A stretch of DNA of 64,000 bases from Smithellaceae bacterium (GCA_963667845.2 CAXXVL010000001.1:320001-384000); one strand, 5' to 3'. Positions 8,484-19,328 are shown, counted from the stretch's first letter. Numbers and translations are program-made. Notes: generated from the sequence alone by a model not told the origin.

Positions 8484-9257
8484 TTGAATATTGCGGCGAT
8501 CGCTTCCGGCAGCAACGGCAACTGCTACTACCTGGAAAATGACGGCGAGGCGATCCTCGTCGATGCCGGGATCAGCGCCCGGCAGATCGCCGAAAGGATG
8601 GCGAGGCTTGGTCTTCCCATGTCGGGGGTGCGGGGCGTGTTCATAACGCATGAGCATTCGGATCATATCCGCGGCCTCGATGTTCTGACCCGGAAATATG
8701 CGCTTCCGGTATTCATGACCCGCAAAACATATGCATCCTACGGCAAGGTGATCAAAGAGTCGCTCCTGAACTTTTTCTCGCCGGGCGGGCTCGTTGAGCT
8801 TCGCAGCTTATCTGTTCTTCCCTTTCTGAAATCTCATGACGCCGTCGAGCCCTGCGGCATGTCCGTTTCCTCCGGAGGCCGGATGGTATCCGTGATGACG
8901 GATATGGGGCTCACCTGCATGAACGCCGCCGGGCACCTCGCGAATGCCGACGCCGTCTTTCTGGAGTCCAACTACGACGAACAGATGCTACGAACCGGTT
9001 TTTATCCTCCGTACCTGAAGAAAAGGATAGCCTCCGACGTGGGCCATCTCTCCAACATGCAGGCGGCGAGGCTTACCCTGGAGCATGCGTCGCCGCGGCT
9101 CAGGCACGTGTTTTTATCGCATCTGTCGGCAAACAACAACACGCCGGAGCTGGCGCTCGCGACATTCAATCATCTCCTGCGCACGCGAGACGACCTCGAC
9201 GTGAAGGTGACGCTGACATCCCGTGAGAGAGAAACCGGCCTTGTCGCTCTCGATTGA
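8484..9257 (+). CDS. MBL-fold metallo-hydrolase (YycJ/WalJ-like)
   Basis: ASGSNGN, THEHSDH, SHDA, LESNYD, GHLSN, HLSANNN. Confidence 0.9.
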   Translation: MNIAAIASGSNGNCYYLENDGEAILVDAGISARQIAERMARLGLPMSGVRGVFITHEHSDHIRGLDVLTRKYALPVFMTRKTYASYGKVIKESLLNFFSPGGLVELRSLSVLPFLKSHDAVEPCGMSVSSGGRMVSVMTDMGLTCMNAAGHLANADAVFLESNYDEQMLRTGFYPPYLKKRIASDVGHLSNMQAARLTLEHASPRLRHVFLSHLSANNNTPELALATFNHLLRTRDDLDVKVTLTSRERETGLVALD

Positions 9258-9345
9258 GAAACCTGCCTCTTCCCGGTGATCTCCCGTCAATTTTAATGAT
9301 TTTGTAATGCGCAGATGTTGAGATTATTTTCAGCGTATCCGGAAT

Positions 9346-9376
9346 ACGTGCAGGGAAGGTGAGCTTCCCTGCACGT
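9346..9376. terminator. Hairpin between convergent genes (putative bidirectional terminator)
   Basis: 13-bp stem ACGTGCAGGGAAG / CTTCCCTGCACGT. Confidence 0.6.
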
Positions 9377-9414
9377 CCGGCGAATAACCCGTATGCCGCT
9401 GCAAATCCGTTTTT

Positions 9415-10263
9415 CTATTGCTTGACCAATTCGACGCGGCGGTTTTTTGCCCGGCCGGCGTCGGTGTCATTGGATGCGACCGGAGCGAACTGACCGCAGC
9501 CATAGGCTCTGAGGCGTGACGAGGCGATGCCGTTATTCTTCACCAGTTCCAGAACGACGGCCTCGGCGCGGCCCTGCGAGAGTTTTATATTGCTCTCAAT
9601 GCCGCCCACATTGTCCGTATGCCCCACGACGTGGATCTTAAGGCCGGGGTCTGATTTCAAAAGTTTGGCGATCTCGGCTACGGCCTTAGCCGATTCCGGT
9701 TTGATGTTGGATTTTCCCGTATCGAAGTAGATGCCGTAAACCGCGGCATGGCCCGTCGTCCGGATATCATTGGAAAAGGCCTGCGCATCGGCAACCACAT
9801 CCTGGGCCATCTCTTTCTTCTGGATAATGGTGTACCCGTGCTTGCCGGTAAAGTCGGCCCACACTTCCACCCAGATTTCGTTGCCGTCTTTGGTCAGTTT
9901 GTAAACCTGCCGCTTCTTGTCGGTCGTTCCGATGAGTGTTCCGCCCTGTTTCCGGATGGCATTTTCAAAGTTGCGGAAAATCTGCAGTTCACTCGGTTTT
10001 GATTTCATATCGGCCTGCGGGTAATACCGGACCATCCAGAGCTCGCCCTCCACGCGAATGGTTTGTGTGACTTTGCTTTTTTCGACAATTTTGAAATCTA
10101 CGCCGTCAAACTGCTTGTGATCGCAGCCGTGAATCCAGTATCCGGGCATCCGGGTAAACATCGGATGATCCTGACATTTGACATTGTCCTTCTGCTCGGC
10201 GTAAGCGTTCACGGCGAGCAGGCAAAGCAGGAGCATTGCAGCAATCGTTGAGATCTTCTTCAT
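9415..10263 (-). CDS. OmpA-family periplasmic protein with N-terminal DUF4892-like domain
   Basis: Signal peptide MKKISTIAAMLLLC; C-terminal GIYFDTGKS, VGHTD, LSQGRAEAV, GRAKNRRVELV. Confidence 0.88.
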   Translation of the reverse strand: MKKISTIAAMLLLCLLAVNAYAEQKDNVKCQDHPMFTRMPGYWIHGCDHKQFDGVDFKIVEKSKVTQTIRVEGELWMVRYYPQADMKSKPSELQIFRNFENAIRKQGGTLIGTTDKKRQVYKLTKDGNEIWVEVWADFTGKHGYTIIQKKEMAQDVVADAQAFSNDIRTTGHAAVYGIYFDTGKSNIKPESAKAVAEIAKLLKSDPGLKIHVVGHTDNVGGIESNIKLSQGRAEAVVLELVKNNGIASSRLRAYGCGQFAPVASNDTDAGRAKNRRVELVKQ

Positions 10264-10390
10264 CATTTTCCTCCTCAGATTTATAATTGGAATAAAATAG
10301 CCCCGGGACAGCTCCGGCCGTGCCAAAGCCTCGGCCGCCTCCCGGATATCACAATATCAGCGGCTTTCGCCACTTGTCTTCTTCATCATT

Positions 10391-10675
10391 TTATTCTTGA
10401 TCATCGGGCACCGACCAGCAATCACGCCAGTCTGAAGAAACAGCGCCTTCCGACTCACAGGTCTTAACGCATTCTTCGTAAAAGGCCGTGCAAAGTCTTC
10501 TGTCGGGATTCAAATTGAAACAGATTAACTTTTTGTTTGTGCAGCAGTCCAGGCACTTACTTATTAGTGCGCCGGAGTCTTCCTCCGCGGCAGGGATGGC
10601 GAAAGAAGAAGCCGTCAGGAAGAACAAGACGAGTACAAAGCTCAAAATACGAGGAACCACTCTCCGCTTTTTCAT
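10391..10675 (-). CDS. Small secreted cysteine-rich protein
   Basis: GGGGGTG RBS, signal peptide, 8 Cys (CLDCC...C...C...CVKTC...C). Confidence 0.65.
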   Translation of the reverse strand: MKKRRVVPRILSFVLVLFFLTASSFAIPAAEEDSGALISKCLDCCTNKKLICFNLNPDRRLCTAFYEECVKTCESEGAVSSDWRDCWSVPDDQE

Positions 10676-10807
10676 GACGTCACCCCCCTTTAAATAGCGT
10701 GCCTGCAGTTTACCCTTCCGGAAAAAGTATGTCCACCAAAATTGCTGCCCGCTTAAGTTCCCGGCGAAGAATAATAAATACTGCAGATCCTCCTTGATTT
10801 TGAAAAT

Positions 10808-10826
10808 TAATTGATGATATCAATTA
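10808..10826. promoter_or_regulatory. AT-rich palindrome in divergent intergenic region (putative operator)
   Basis: TAATTGAT-GAT-ATCAATTA perfect 8-3-8 inverted repeat. Confidence 0.35.
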
Positions 10827-10891
10827 TCCATACGCAAATTCATGATGTAAAGCTTTTTTGCCTGTAAGCCGAAACGGAACACGGAGGTCGC

Positions 10892-11635
10892 ATGATGGAC
10901 ATACTGATTTGGTTAATTATTGCCTTTGTGTTTGCTCCCATGATCATTGGACCGTTTCTGGTCAAATTCTCCCACTGGGTTTCGGCAAGGGCCGATATCG
11001 GCCTGATTGCGCCTGCGGCGCTCGCTCCGGACGTCCGGACGTTCATCGATCAGGCGAGGACTGAACTGGAAGTACTCGGTTTTCAGTTTGCCGGATATAT
11101 GGTCCTGGCCGACTACACGCCGAAAGTGACATCCTATTTCGGTCTGTTTCGAAACGATAAGAGCCTCACCGCGGCCATGGCCGCCGTTATCCAATCGGCC
11201 GCCGGTCAAACCATAAAATATTGCGAGTTCAGCACTAAGTATTCTAACGGCAGAACGATCGATGTCAATAACTCTCCGATGCAGGGAGGATACAAAAATC
11301 CGGATAAAATCGTCTATCGGTATCCGAAAATCGGATCTGTTAAGCAACTCTCCGATATCAACAGCTGGGTGACGAGCCGCGACGATAAGGGGGCAAACCC
11401 CGTCGGTCTGGTCAAAGGCCGGGAGAGGGAAATGGTTGCCGAGGCGCTGGACAGCGAAATCAGACTGCAGGTAAAATACGGGTATTACGCCCTTGATGCG
11501 AACGGCAAGCGATACAGGCTGACATGGAAAGGCGCGTTTGTCATGACGGAGCGGCAGGTTTTCCCATTCAAACAGATTCTTTCGTACATCAGTTTGCACA
11601 GTGCCGAAAAGGAGATAGCGGGGATGCCCCGCTGA
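10892..11635 (+). CDS. Hypothetical membrane-anchored protein
   Basis: GGAGG RBS; N-terminal TM helix then soluble domain. Confidence 0.7.
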   Translation: MMDILIWLIIAFVFAPMIIGPFLVKFSHWVSARADIGLIAPAALAPDVRTFIDQARTELEVLGFQFAGYMVLADYTPKVTSYFGLFRNDKSLTAAMAAVIQSAAGQTIKYCEFSTKYSNGRTIDVNNSPMQGGYKNPDKIVYRYPKIGSVKQLSDINSWVTSRDDKGANPVGLVKGREREMVAEALDSEIRLQVKYGYYALDANGKRYRLTWKGAFVMTERQVFPFKQILSYISLHSAEKEIAGMPR

Positions 11636-11703
11636 CGGATCTGGCCCTAAGGACTCTTCACCCCGGAAGGGTCGGGCAAAATAATGACGATCGGAGTGAT
11701 GCC

Positions 11704-12297
11704 ATGAAGCGTTGCTATTTGATTATTCTGCTGCTGCTACCGATACTCTCGGCAGCGGATAACATCAGGGAACGTCCTCTCCAATGGGCGCAGCCGGTGA
11801 TCAATACAACAATCAGCAACTGCTTCAAGGTGAGCGGTGATGTTTACCGGGCGGAACAGCCGGCACAAAAAGATATCCCCGATCTCAGGAAACTGAAGAT
11901 CCGGACGCTTTTGAATCTCCGAGAATATCACAGTGACGACGAAGTCTTTCGGCAAAGCGGTCTTAGCCTCTTGCATCTTCCGCTTGCCGCCGGATCACTT
12001 GCTCCATCCGATTTAATTTCCGCCCTGAAGATGCTGCGCGAAGCCGAAAAGCCCGTTCTCATCCATTGCTGGCATGGCTCCGACCGCACGGGATTTGTGG
12101 TGGCGGGCTACCGGATCGTTTTTCAGAACTGGACCCGGGAGGAGGCCATGGAGGAGCTCAGGCTGGGCGGGTTCGGCTATCACTCGGATGTTTATCCGAA
12201 CATCATCAAAACGCTGGGCGAGCTCGATGTCGAAGCCGTTCGGAAATCCGTGTTGAGTAACGCTTTGATGGAGACGAAGATCGAATTGACGCGGTGA
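11704..12297 (+). CDS. Secreted tyrosine/dual-specificity protein phosphatase family protein
   Basis: CX5R motif HCWHGSDRTG; YRAEQP; signal peptide from ATG 11704. Confidence 0.85.
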   Translation: MKRCYLIILLLLPILSAADNIRERPLQWAQPVINTTISNCFKVSGDVYRAEQPAQKDIPDLRKLKIRTLLNLREYHSDDEVFRQSGLSLLHLPLAAGSLAPSDLISALKMLREAEKPVLIHCWHGSDRTGFVVAGYRIVFQNWTREEAMEELRLGGFGYHSDVYPNIIKTLGELDVEAVRKSVLSNALMETKIELTR

Positions 12298-12376
12298 AAC
12301 AATGTGTCACCGCAGTTCTGGTGCACACCGCCGCTTTTTTGCGGACGCTTAAGGATTGCTGATGGAGGACCCGCCC

Positions 12377-13189
12377 ATGCCTGTTATCAAAGTTAACGGC
12401 ATCAATATGTATTATGAGGTGAACGGAAAAGGGATTCCCCTCGTCCTCATTATGGGACTGAGGCGAAACCTGGAATGGTGGTACCGCCAGATTCGGGAAT
12501 TGTCGCAGCACTTCCGGGTGATCGCCTTCGACAACCGCGGCGCGGGGAGGTCGGACAAGCCGGAGATGGAATACTCCATTCGTCTGTTTGCCGATGATAC
12601 CGCCTCGCTGATGGATGCGCTGGGGATTCCAAGTGCCCACGTTCTGGGCGTATCCATGGGTGGCTACATTGCGCAGGAGCTGGCGCTTGCCTGTCCGGAC
12701 AAAGTGAAAAGCCTGATTCTGGGCTGCACCGGCGCAGGCGGCAACCGTGCGGTCCTGATGAGCGCAGAGCGGACAAAGAAATTTACGGCTAATGACGGCC
12801 TTACACCGGCCGAGATATTGCGCAAAGACATGGATATTTATTTTTCCGACGGCTTCATCGCGAACCATCCGGATCAAGTGGAGGAGTTCGTTAAAATATC
12901 TCTGAGGTATTACCAGCCCGCTGACGCCTTCCTGAGACAATTTTCCGCCTGCCGGAAACACGACACAGCGGGCCGCGTGGGCCGTCTCCGGATGCCGGTG
13001 CTGCTCTTAACCGGAGATGATGATTATCTTGTTCCGCATCAAAACACGCTGATCCTGAAAGAACTGCTGCCCGGAGCCAAACTGCACATTTTTCGCGGAC
13101 TGCGGCATGCTTTCTTTATTGAGGCGGCTGCTGCGTTTAACCGGAAGGTCATCGAATTTATCAACGGACAGGAAGGAACCCATTCATGA
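12377..13189 (+). CDS. Alpha/beta hydrolase
   Basis: FDNRGAGRSD, nucleophile GVSMGG, C-terminal His. Confidence 0.9.
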   Translation: MPVIKVNGINMYYEVNGKGIPLVLIMGLRRNLEWWYRQIRELSQHFRVIAFDNRGAGRSDKPEMEYSIRLFADDTASLMDALGIPSAHVLGVSMGGYIAQELALACPDKVKSLILGCTGAGGNRAVLMSAERTKKFTANDGLTPAEILRKDMDIYFSDGFIANHPDQVEEFVKISLRYYQPADAFLRQFSACRKHDTAGRVGRLRMPVLLLTGDDDYLVPHQNTLILKELLPGAKLHIFRGLRHAFFIEAAAAFNRKVIEFINGQEGTHS

Positions 13190-14478
13190 ACTGGCAGGAC
13201 ATCTATCAGCGAAAGCTGACGACCGCGGCTGCGGCTGTAACGCATATCAAGTCCGGGGACAGAGTGGTAGTCGGCCACGCCTGCGGTTCTCCGGAGACCC
13301 TGATCAAGGCGATGGTCGAAAATAAGGAAGCGTACCGGGACGTCGAGATCGTTCACATGGTTTCGATGGGGCCCTCGGAGTATTGCCTTCCGGAAAACAG
13401 CGGACACTTTGTTCATAACTCGCTGTTTGCCGGACAGACAACGAGAAGGGCCATCAATGAAGGACGGGCCGTTTTCACCCCCTGCCATTTCAGCCTGATC
13501 CCCAAGTTGTTTGTCGAAAAGATTCTGCCTGTGGATGTGGTGCTCTGCATGCTTTCCATGCCGGACGAACACGGCTATTGCTCCTTCGGCATTTCCGTGG
13601 ACTATACAAAGCCTGCGGCCATGAGCGCAGGGCGGGTCATTGCGGAGGTGACGCCGCATATGCCCCGGACGCTCGGGCAATCGTTTATCCATGTGTCGCA
13701 GATTGATCAGATCGTGGAATGCGAATCGGCGCCGATCACAATGCCCGCTGCCCGGATCACGCCCGCCGATGAGGCGATCGGGCATTATTGTGCTGAGCTC
13801 ATCCATGACGGCGATTGCCTGCAGCTGGGAATCGGCGCCGTTCCGGACGCCGTCCTGGCTTCGCTTAAAGAAAAGAAGCACCTGGGCATTCACACGGAAA
13901 TGTTTTCCGACGGCATTGTGGACCTCGTCAACGAATCCGTCGTGGACTGCTCGCAGAAGAATTTCCATCCCGGCAAAATGATCGCCACTTTTTTCATGGG
14001 CACCCGCAAGCTTTACGATTTTGTCCACAACAACCCGCTGGTGGAGATGCACAGCGTGGACTACACCAACAACCCCGCCAACATTGCCCGAAACGACAAC
14101 ATGGTTTCGATCAACTCCGCTCTGGAGGTCGATCTGACCGGGCAGGTGGTTGCCGACACGATCGGTTACAGCCAGTACAGCGGAACAGGCGGACAGGCCG
14201 ATTTCGTCCGGGGCGCCGCCTGGTCGAAAGAAGGGCGTTCGATCATTGCCCTGTATTCGACGGCCTGCGAAGGAAAAGTCTCGCGCATATCTTCGCACAT
14301 TACCGAAGGCGCCGCTGTCGTGACCAACCGCGCCGACGTCCATTATGTCGTGACGGAATACGGCATTGCCGATCTGCGGGGCAAGTCCGTAACGGACAGG
14401 GCCAGGGCACTGATCGGCATTGCGCATCCTGATTTCCGGGATATGTTGAAACAGGACTTCCGGCTCAAAAAAAAGTAA
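13186..14478 (+). CDS. Acetyl-CoA hydrolase/transferase (4-hydroxybutyrate CoA-transferase-like)
   Basis: LQLGIGAVP, GIHTEMFSDG, INSALEVDLTGQV, SGTGGQADFVRGA, IAHPDFR. Confidence 0.9.
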   Translation: MNWQDIYQRKLTTAAAAVTHIKSGDRVVVGHACGSPETLIKAMVENKEAYRDVEIVHMVSMGPSEYCLPENSGHFVHNSLFAGQTTRRAINEGRAVFTPCHFSLIPKLFVEKILPVDVVLCMLSMPDEHGYCSFGISVDYTKPAAMSAGRVIAEVTPHMPRTLGQSFIHVSQIDQIVECESAPITMPAARITPADEAIGHYCAELIHDGDCLQLGIGAVPDAVLASLKEKKHLGIHTEMFSDGIVDLVNESVVDCSQKNFHPGKMIATFFMGTRKLYDFVHNNPLVEMHSVDYTNNPANIARNDNMVSINSALEVDLTGQVVADTIGYSQYSGTGGQADFVRGAAWSKEGRSIIALYSTACEGKVSRISSHITEGAAVVTNRADVHYVVTEYGIADLRGKSVTDRARALIGIAHPDFRDMLKQDFRLKKK

Positions 14479-14627
14479 AGGAAGGAAACGCAGCGGTAGA
14501 CCGCATCGCTGCAAGTGGTATGGATGCCGCACGCCGGGTTCAATCATCACGGAGGAAGGTGATTATCGGTTGTAAAGAAGCGGCCAGGCGATTATGAATT
14601 TTCATTAAATATGTCACGAGGTGTCGT

Positions 14628-16397
14628 TTGGCAACCCGACCTGTTTCATCAGATGATTCCGTTTTGAGCCCCAACCGCTCCCGCGGTCTGTATCGCGCGT
14701 TTCCCATTCTGGCCACACTGCGCGCCTATCAGCGCGGGTGGGTGCTGCAGGATATCGCCGCCGGTCTCGTCCTCACGGCGATCCTCGTTCCCGTCGGCAT
14801 GGGATACGCCTCGGCCTCCGGTCTACCTGCAATCTATGGTCTTTATGCCACGATCATTCCGCTCATCGCGTACGCCGTCTTCGGGCCGAGTCGTATCCTG
14901 GTTCTCGGGCCCGACTCGGCGCTTGCCGCTCTTATTGCCGCAGCCATACTGCCGCTTGCCGCGGGGAATCCCGACAAGGCCGTGGCTTTCGCCTCTATGC
15001 TGGCCGTCGGGTCGGGAGCGATATGCATTTTTGCGGGGCTGGCCCGTTTCGGCTTCATCACCGATCTGCTCTCCAAGCCCATCCGCGACGGCTACCTGAA
15101 CGGGATTGCACTCACGGTACTGATCGGCCAGCTGCCGAAGGTGCTCGGCTTCTCCGTGAGCGGCAGCAGTTTTTTAAAGGAAACAGGCGGACTTCTGCAG
15201 AGCATCTGGACCGGACAAATCAACTGGTCGGCCTGTATCATCGGCGTATCCTGCCTCGCGGTGATTCTCGGCTTCCGGCGATGGGCTCCCCGGATTCCCG
15301 GCGTGCTGATTGCCGTCGCCTGTGCGACGGTTCTCGTCTGGTTCTTTGATTTATCCGCAAAAGCCGGTATCGCCGTCATCGGCCCGCTGCCCCAGGGTTT
15401 GCCCGGCTTTCATATTCCGGCTGTTACGCTCGCCGAACTCGGCGAATTGGCTGCCGCCGCCGTAGCGATCGCCCTGGTGTCTTTTGCGGATATGAGCACG
15501 CTTTCGCGCACCTTCGCTAAGCGGTCGGGTTCCCCTGTGGACAGCAATCAGGAAATCATTGCCCTCGGTGTCGCCAATGTCGCGGCTGGTTTTTTTCAGG
15601 GGTTTCCCGTCACAAGCAGCGCCTCGCGAACACCGGTTGCCGAATCCGCCGGCGCCAAAACTCAGATCGCCGGGGTGGTCGGCGCGGTGAGCATTGCTCT
15701 TCTGCTGATCGCCGCACCCGGCCTGCTCAGCTCCCTGCCGCAGGCGGCGCTGGGCGCGATCGTCATCGCCGCCTGCCTGAGCCTGGTGGAAATTCGCGGT
15801 GTGGCGCGTCTTTTCCGCCTTAGGCGCGACGAGTTTGTCCTGTCGCTTATCTGTTTCCTGGGCGTTGTGGGGCTGGGCGTTATTCAGGGCATCTTTATCG
15901 CCGTGGGCCTGGCGCTTCTGGCCTTTATCTGGCGGGCCTGGCAGCCCTATGATGCGGTGCTCGGCCACGTGGACGGCCTGAAGAGCTATCACGATATCTC
16001 CCGCCATCCCGAAGCCCGGCGCATTCCGGGGCTGGTGCTTTTCCGCTGGAATGCCCCGCTGTTTTTCGCCAACGCCGAAATATTCCGCAGTCAGGTCCTC
16101 ACCGCCGTGGCCAACGCACCGACGCGGACCCGGTGGGTCGTCGTCACGGCTGAGCCGATCACCGACGTCGATATCACGGCGGCTGATGTTCTGGCCGAGC
16201 TCGACGAAAAATTGCATCAGGCCGGGATGGATTTGTATTTTGCCGAAATGAAGGGACCGGTGAAAGACACTTTGAAGCGCTATGGTCTCTTTACGAGGCT
16301 GGGCGTGGAAAATTTCTTCCCGACAATTGAACAGGCCGTCGAACAGTATATGGCCGTGCATAAAATGGATTGGTCCAATCTGAAGAAGGAAAAGTAA
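14628..16397 (+). CDS. SulP family anion transporter with STAS domain
   Basis: DIAAGL, PVGMGYA, GLYA, SSASRT, APLFFANA, DVDITAA. Confidence 0.92.
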   Translation: MATRPVSSDDSVLSPNRSRGLYRAFPILATLRAYQRGWVLQDIAAGLVLTAILVPVGMGYASASGLPAIYGLYATIIPLIAYAVFGPSRILVLGPDSALAALIAAAILPLAAGNPDKAVAFASMLAVGSGAICIFAGLARFGFITDLLSKPIRDGYLNGIALTVLIGQLPKVLGFSVSGSSFLKETGGLLQSIWTGQINWSACIIGVSCLAVILGFRRWAPRIPGVLIAVACATVLVWFFDLSAKAGIAVIGPLPQGLPGFHIPAVTLAELGELAAAAVAIALVSFADMSTLSRTFAKRSGSPVDSNQEIIALGVANVAAGFFQGFPVTSSASRTPVAESAGAKTQIAGVVGAVSIALLLIAAPGLLSSLPQAALGAIVIAACLSLVEIRGVARLFRLRRDEFVLSLICFLGVVGLGVIQGIFIAVGLALLAFIWRAWQPYDAVLGHVDGLKSYHDISRHPEARRIPGLVLFRWNAPLFFANAEIFRSQVLTAVANAPTRTRWVVVTAEPITDVDITAADVLAELDEKLHQAGMDLYFAEMKGPVKDTLKRYGLFTRLGVENFFPTIEQAVEQYMAVHKMDWSNLKKEK

Positions 16398-16739
16398 AAG
16401 TGTTAGTGCTCGCGATAGAATCATGTTTCGGATTCCCGCCTGGAGCTAAGAGAAGCTGTCGATCGGCTCCCGCCGTTTTGTCGTGCTTCGCTGAGGGCTC
16501 TTCCTTCTCGTGCCCGGCCAGGGCCACGATAGAGCGGCTCTGCGAAAAAATATCACCTTCAAAAATGCTGCCCCCCTGTTTGCAGTACTGCAGATATAGG
16601 ATCACCAAGGGGCGTGGGGCCTCCTGTCTTTTGAATTTTCAGACTAATTTCCTTTCATCCGGGAACAACTTGAGACTTGGCCGGAGAAATGATATGGCGT
16701 TTGTCATCCGGATAGAACGATGTTGGGGGGGATCTCGCT

Positions 16740-16949
16740 GTGGCGCTCAATAACGCGTCCAAAGTTATGACCGCAAAAGAGGACGTGAGCCGGTTTGTCA
16801 AAAACGGCGACAGTGTCATTACGGGAAATTACACGGAAGCGCTGCCACGTTCGCTCATCGTTGAAATCATGCGGCAGCGCGAAGGCCTGCCACACCGGTA
16901 TTGCACCGCCTCCGCAGACACGATCCGAGCCGGGGCTTTTGCTGAGTAA
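16740..16949 (+). pseudogene. N-terminal remnant of a family I CoA-transferase alpha subunit
   Basis: SKVMTAKEDVSRFVKNGDSVITGNYTEALPRSLIVEIMRQ resembles CoA-transferase A N-termini, then similarity is lost. Confidence 0.55.
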
Positions 16950-17051
16950 AAAAGTACAAATGAATTGCGTCGCGATCATGAGAAGAGTAAGCATGAGGTT
17001 GTGCGGCCTGCGGGACGAAAATAGATTCGGGATTTTTTAAAGGCTATTGGA

Positions 17052-18227
17052 ATGAATGGAAAGCTGTGGACAAGGGATTTTGTTACCGTGTCCGTGATTA
17101 ATTTTCTAGTGTTTCTGGTCCATCTGCTCTTAATGGTCATTATCGCGTCTTATGCCGTAGATAAATTCCATGCATCCACGAGCATGGCCGGACTCGTTGC
17201 GAGCGTCTTTATTATTGGAGCTTTAATCGGCCGATTCGCGACCGGCCGCTTTATCGAGGATATCGGAAACAAGAAAGTCTTAATGGTCGGCTCCGTATTT
17301 TTCATTACAACAGCCGTCTTATATTTTACGGCGGTCACACTGCCGCTGCTCATCGCTGTCAGACTTTTGCATGGAATGGCTCACGGCATCGCCAGCACAG
17401 CCACGGGAACAATCGTCGCCAAGATTATTCCGGAGGGCAGACGCGGAGAAGGCATCGGCTACTATGGCATGAGTATCATCCTGGCATCGGCATTGGGTCC
17501 TTTCATGGGGATTCTGCTGATTCAGTATGTGGATTTCAAGGTGATTTTTCTAGTATCTTCCGTATTGGCCCTGCTCGTTTTCCTGATATCCTTCATTGTT
17601 CATGAGCCGATCTACAAGCTGCCCGATCACCATGAAACAAAAGCCGTGAAACGTTTTCACATTTCCAATTTTTTTGAAGCCAAAGCCATCCCCATTTCGA
17701 TCATCTCCTTAATCATCGGCTTCAGCGCTTCCATCGTGATCGCTTTTATATCCCTGTACTCCAAGGAAATTCACCTGGAAAAAGCCGCCAGTATTTACTT
17801 TGTCATATCGGCAATAGCCACCCTGGTCTCCAGACCGCTTGCCGGACGGTTATTCGATTTGCGGGGTGAAAATTTTGTCGTCTACCCCTGCATTTTTATT
17901 TATGCCTTGGGGATGCTCCTGTTCAGCCAGGCAAGCCAGGGCATCACCTTGCTATTGGCTGGAGCAATCATCGGTCTGGGCTACGGGAACTTTATGTCCA
18001 GCGCCCAAACGATTGCCATTAAGGCTGTCCGGCCTCATCGGTTCGGTCTGGCAACGGCGACCTACTATGTCTTTCTGGATTTGGGAATCAGCATCGGCCC
18101 TTATTTGCTGGGTTCGCTGATTCCCTTCACGGGATTCCGCGGCCTGTATTTATTAATGGCCGCTCTGGCTTTTATAACCCTTCCACTTTATTACTTCCTG
18201 CATGGAAGCAAGACCTCTTCCCGCTAG
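17052..18227 (+). CDS. MFS transporter
   Basis: About 12 TM; KLWTRDF start; motif A GRFIEDIGNK / GRLFDLRG; RRGEGIGYYG. Confidence 0.9.
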   Translation: MNGKLWTRDFVTVSVINFLVFLVHLLLMVIIASYAVDKFHASTSMAGLVASVFIIGALIGRFATGRFIEDIGNKKVLMVGSVFFITTAVLYFTAVTLPLLIAVRLLHGMAHGIASTATGTIVAKIIPEGRRGEGIGYYGMSIILASALGPFMGILLIQYVDFKVIFLVSSVLALLVFLISFIVHEPIYKLPDHHETKAVKRFHISNFFEAKAIPISIISLIIGFSASIVIAFISLYSKEIHLEKAASIYFVISAIATLVSRPLAGRLFDLRGENFVVYPCIFIYALGMLLFSQASQGITLLLAGAIIGLGYGNFMSSAQTIAIKAVRPHRFGLATATYYVFLDLGISIGPYLLGSLIPFTGFRGLYLLMAALAFITLPLYYFLHGSKTSSR

Positions 18228-18400
18228 GCTTCCCCCCTCAGAGCCCCGTCATTGGGTCCTCCGGTGAGGCCCGGATCACCATCACGAATCCTTTAGAAAC
18301 GCGCAGGCTTTCGGCGAGGATGCCAAACACTAGCAGCAAGGTGATTTAGAAAACATTGATCGTCAGATCATGGATCTGATGACAGTAAGGTTCCTGGGGA

Positions 18401-19144
18401 TTATCCGGCTGCGGATTCCATGAGCCCGGACTCGATGACCCGGCGGGTGGCGTCGGACAATTCATCGAGGCTCGCCTCGGTATAGCCCGTCGTATCAATC
18501 GGTTTGTGAATCATCATGAGGGCTTTTCCCGGAAAGAGATCGATGCTGTGCGACGGTAAAATCTTATTGGTGCCGACGATCGTGACCGGCAGGATAGGGA
18601 GTTTGAGGTCGATGGCCATCCGGAAAGCCCCTTTCTTAAACGTGCCGAGAGACCCGTCTTTGCTGCGTGTGCCTTCGGGGAAGAAGATGACGGATGTGCC
18701 GTTGACGATCTTTTCCTTCGCGGCCGCGAGCGAGGCAATGGCTTTTTCATGGTTGGACCGGTCAATGAAGATATGACCGCATTTCTCGCAGCCGATCCCG
18801 ATGCCGGGTACCTTTCTTAATTCCTGCTTCATCACCCATTTAAAATCGATCCCCATCCAGCCGTACACAACAAAGATGTCGTACTGGCTCTGATGGTTCG
18901 CGACGATGACATAGGATTGCGCTTTATCGATGTTGTTTCTTCCGGTTACGCGGACCCGCATGGGCGTCAGATAGCCGTTGAGCCTCGCCCAGATCGTTCC
19001 GCAGACAAAGCTGGTGATCCGCGGATTCGTGATGACAATCATCAGCATCGTTAAAGAGCCGAAGAAAATGGTGGATACCGCCAGGTAGGGACCAAAGATA
19101 AGCCACTTGTATGGTTGATACAAAAGCCAGAGTATTTTTTTCAC
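18401..19144 (-). CDS. plsC: 1-acyl-sn-glycerol-3-phosphate acyltransferase
   Basis: ANHQSQYD, FIDR, FFPEGTRS, FKKGAF motifs. Confidence 0.85.
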   Translation of the reverse strand: MKKILWLLYQPYKWLIFGPYLAVSTIFFGSLTMLMIVITNPRITSFVCGTIWARLNGYLTPMRVRVTGRNNIDKAQSYVIVANHQSQYDIFVVYGWMGIDFKWVMKQELRKVPGIGIGCEKCGHIFIDRSNHEKAIASLAAAKEKIVNGTSVIFFPEGTRSKDGSLGTFKKGAFRMAIDLKLPILPVTIVGTNKILPSHSIDLFPGKALMMIHKPIDTTGYTEASLDELSDATRRVIESGLMESAAG

Positions 19145-19328
19145 CGTTTTCCTCTTCCTGAATCAAAATGATGAAGCAAATCGTCTTTCAGAAAATGCAC
19201 GATCTGCAAATTGCACTCGAGCGGATGAATACGGCTGCGATCCAAAACGATGTAGCTCTTTTTGACATCCGGAAGGAAAATAGTCAAGACTAAATTTGCG
19301 GTGCCGTGACTAAAACCATCTTGGAGCC

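Noticed and set aside
10310..10326. Sigma-54 promoter TTGGCACGGCCGGAGCT upstream of the OmpA-family gene (minus strand)
   Set aside because: Good -24 box but a poor -12 box (GAGC instead of TTGC); not enough support to call.
13039..14550. Long antisense ORFs such as 13039-14550, 30191-30652, 48379-49707 and 52454-53866
   Set aside because: They overlap well-supported genes on the opposite strand, have no recognisable motifs, and are expected shadows of GC-rich codon usage.
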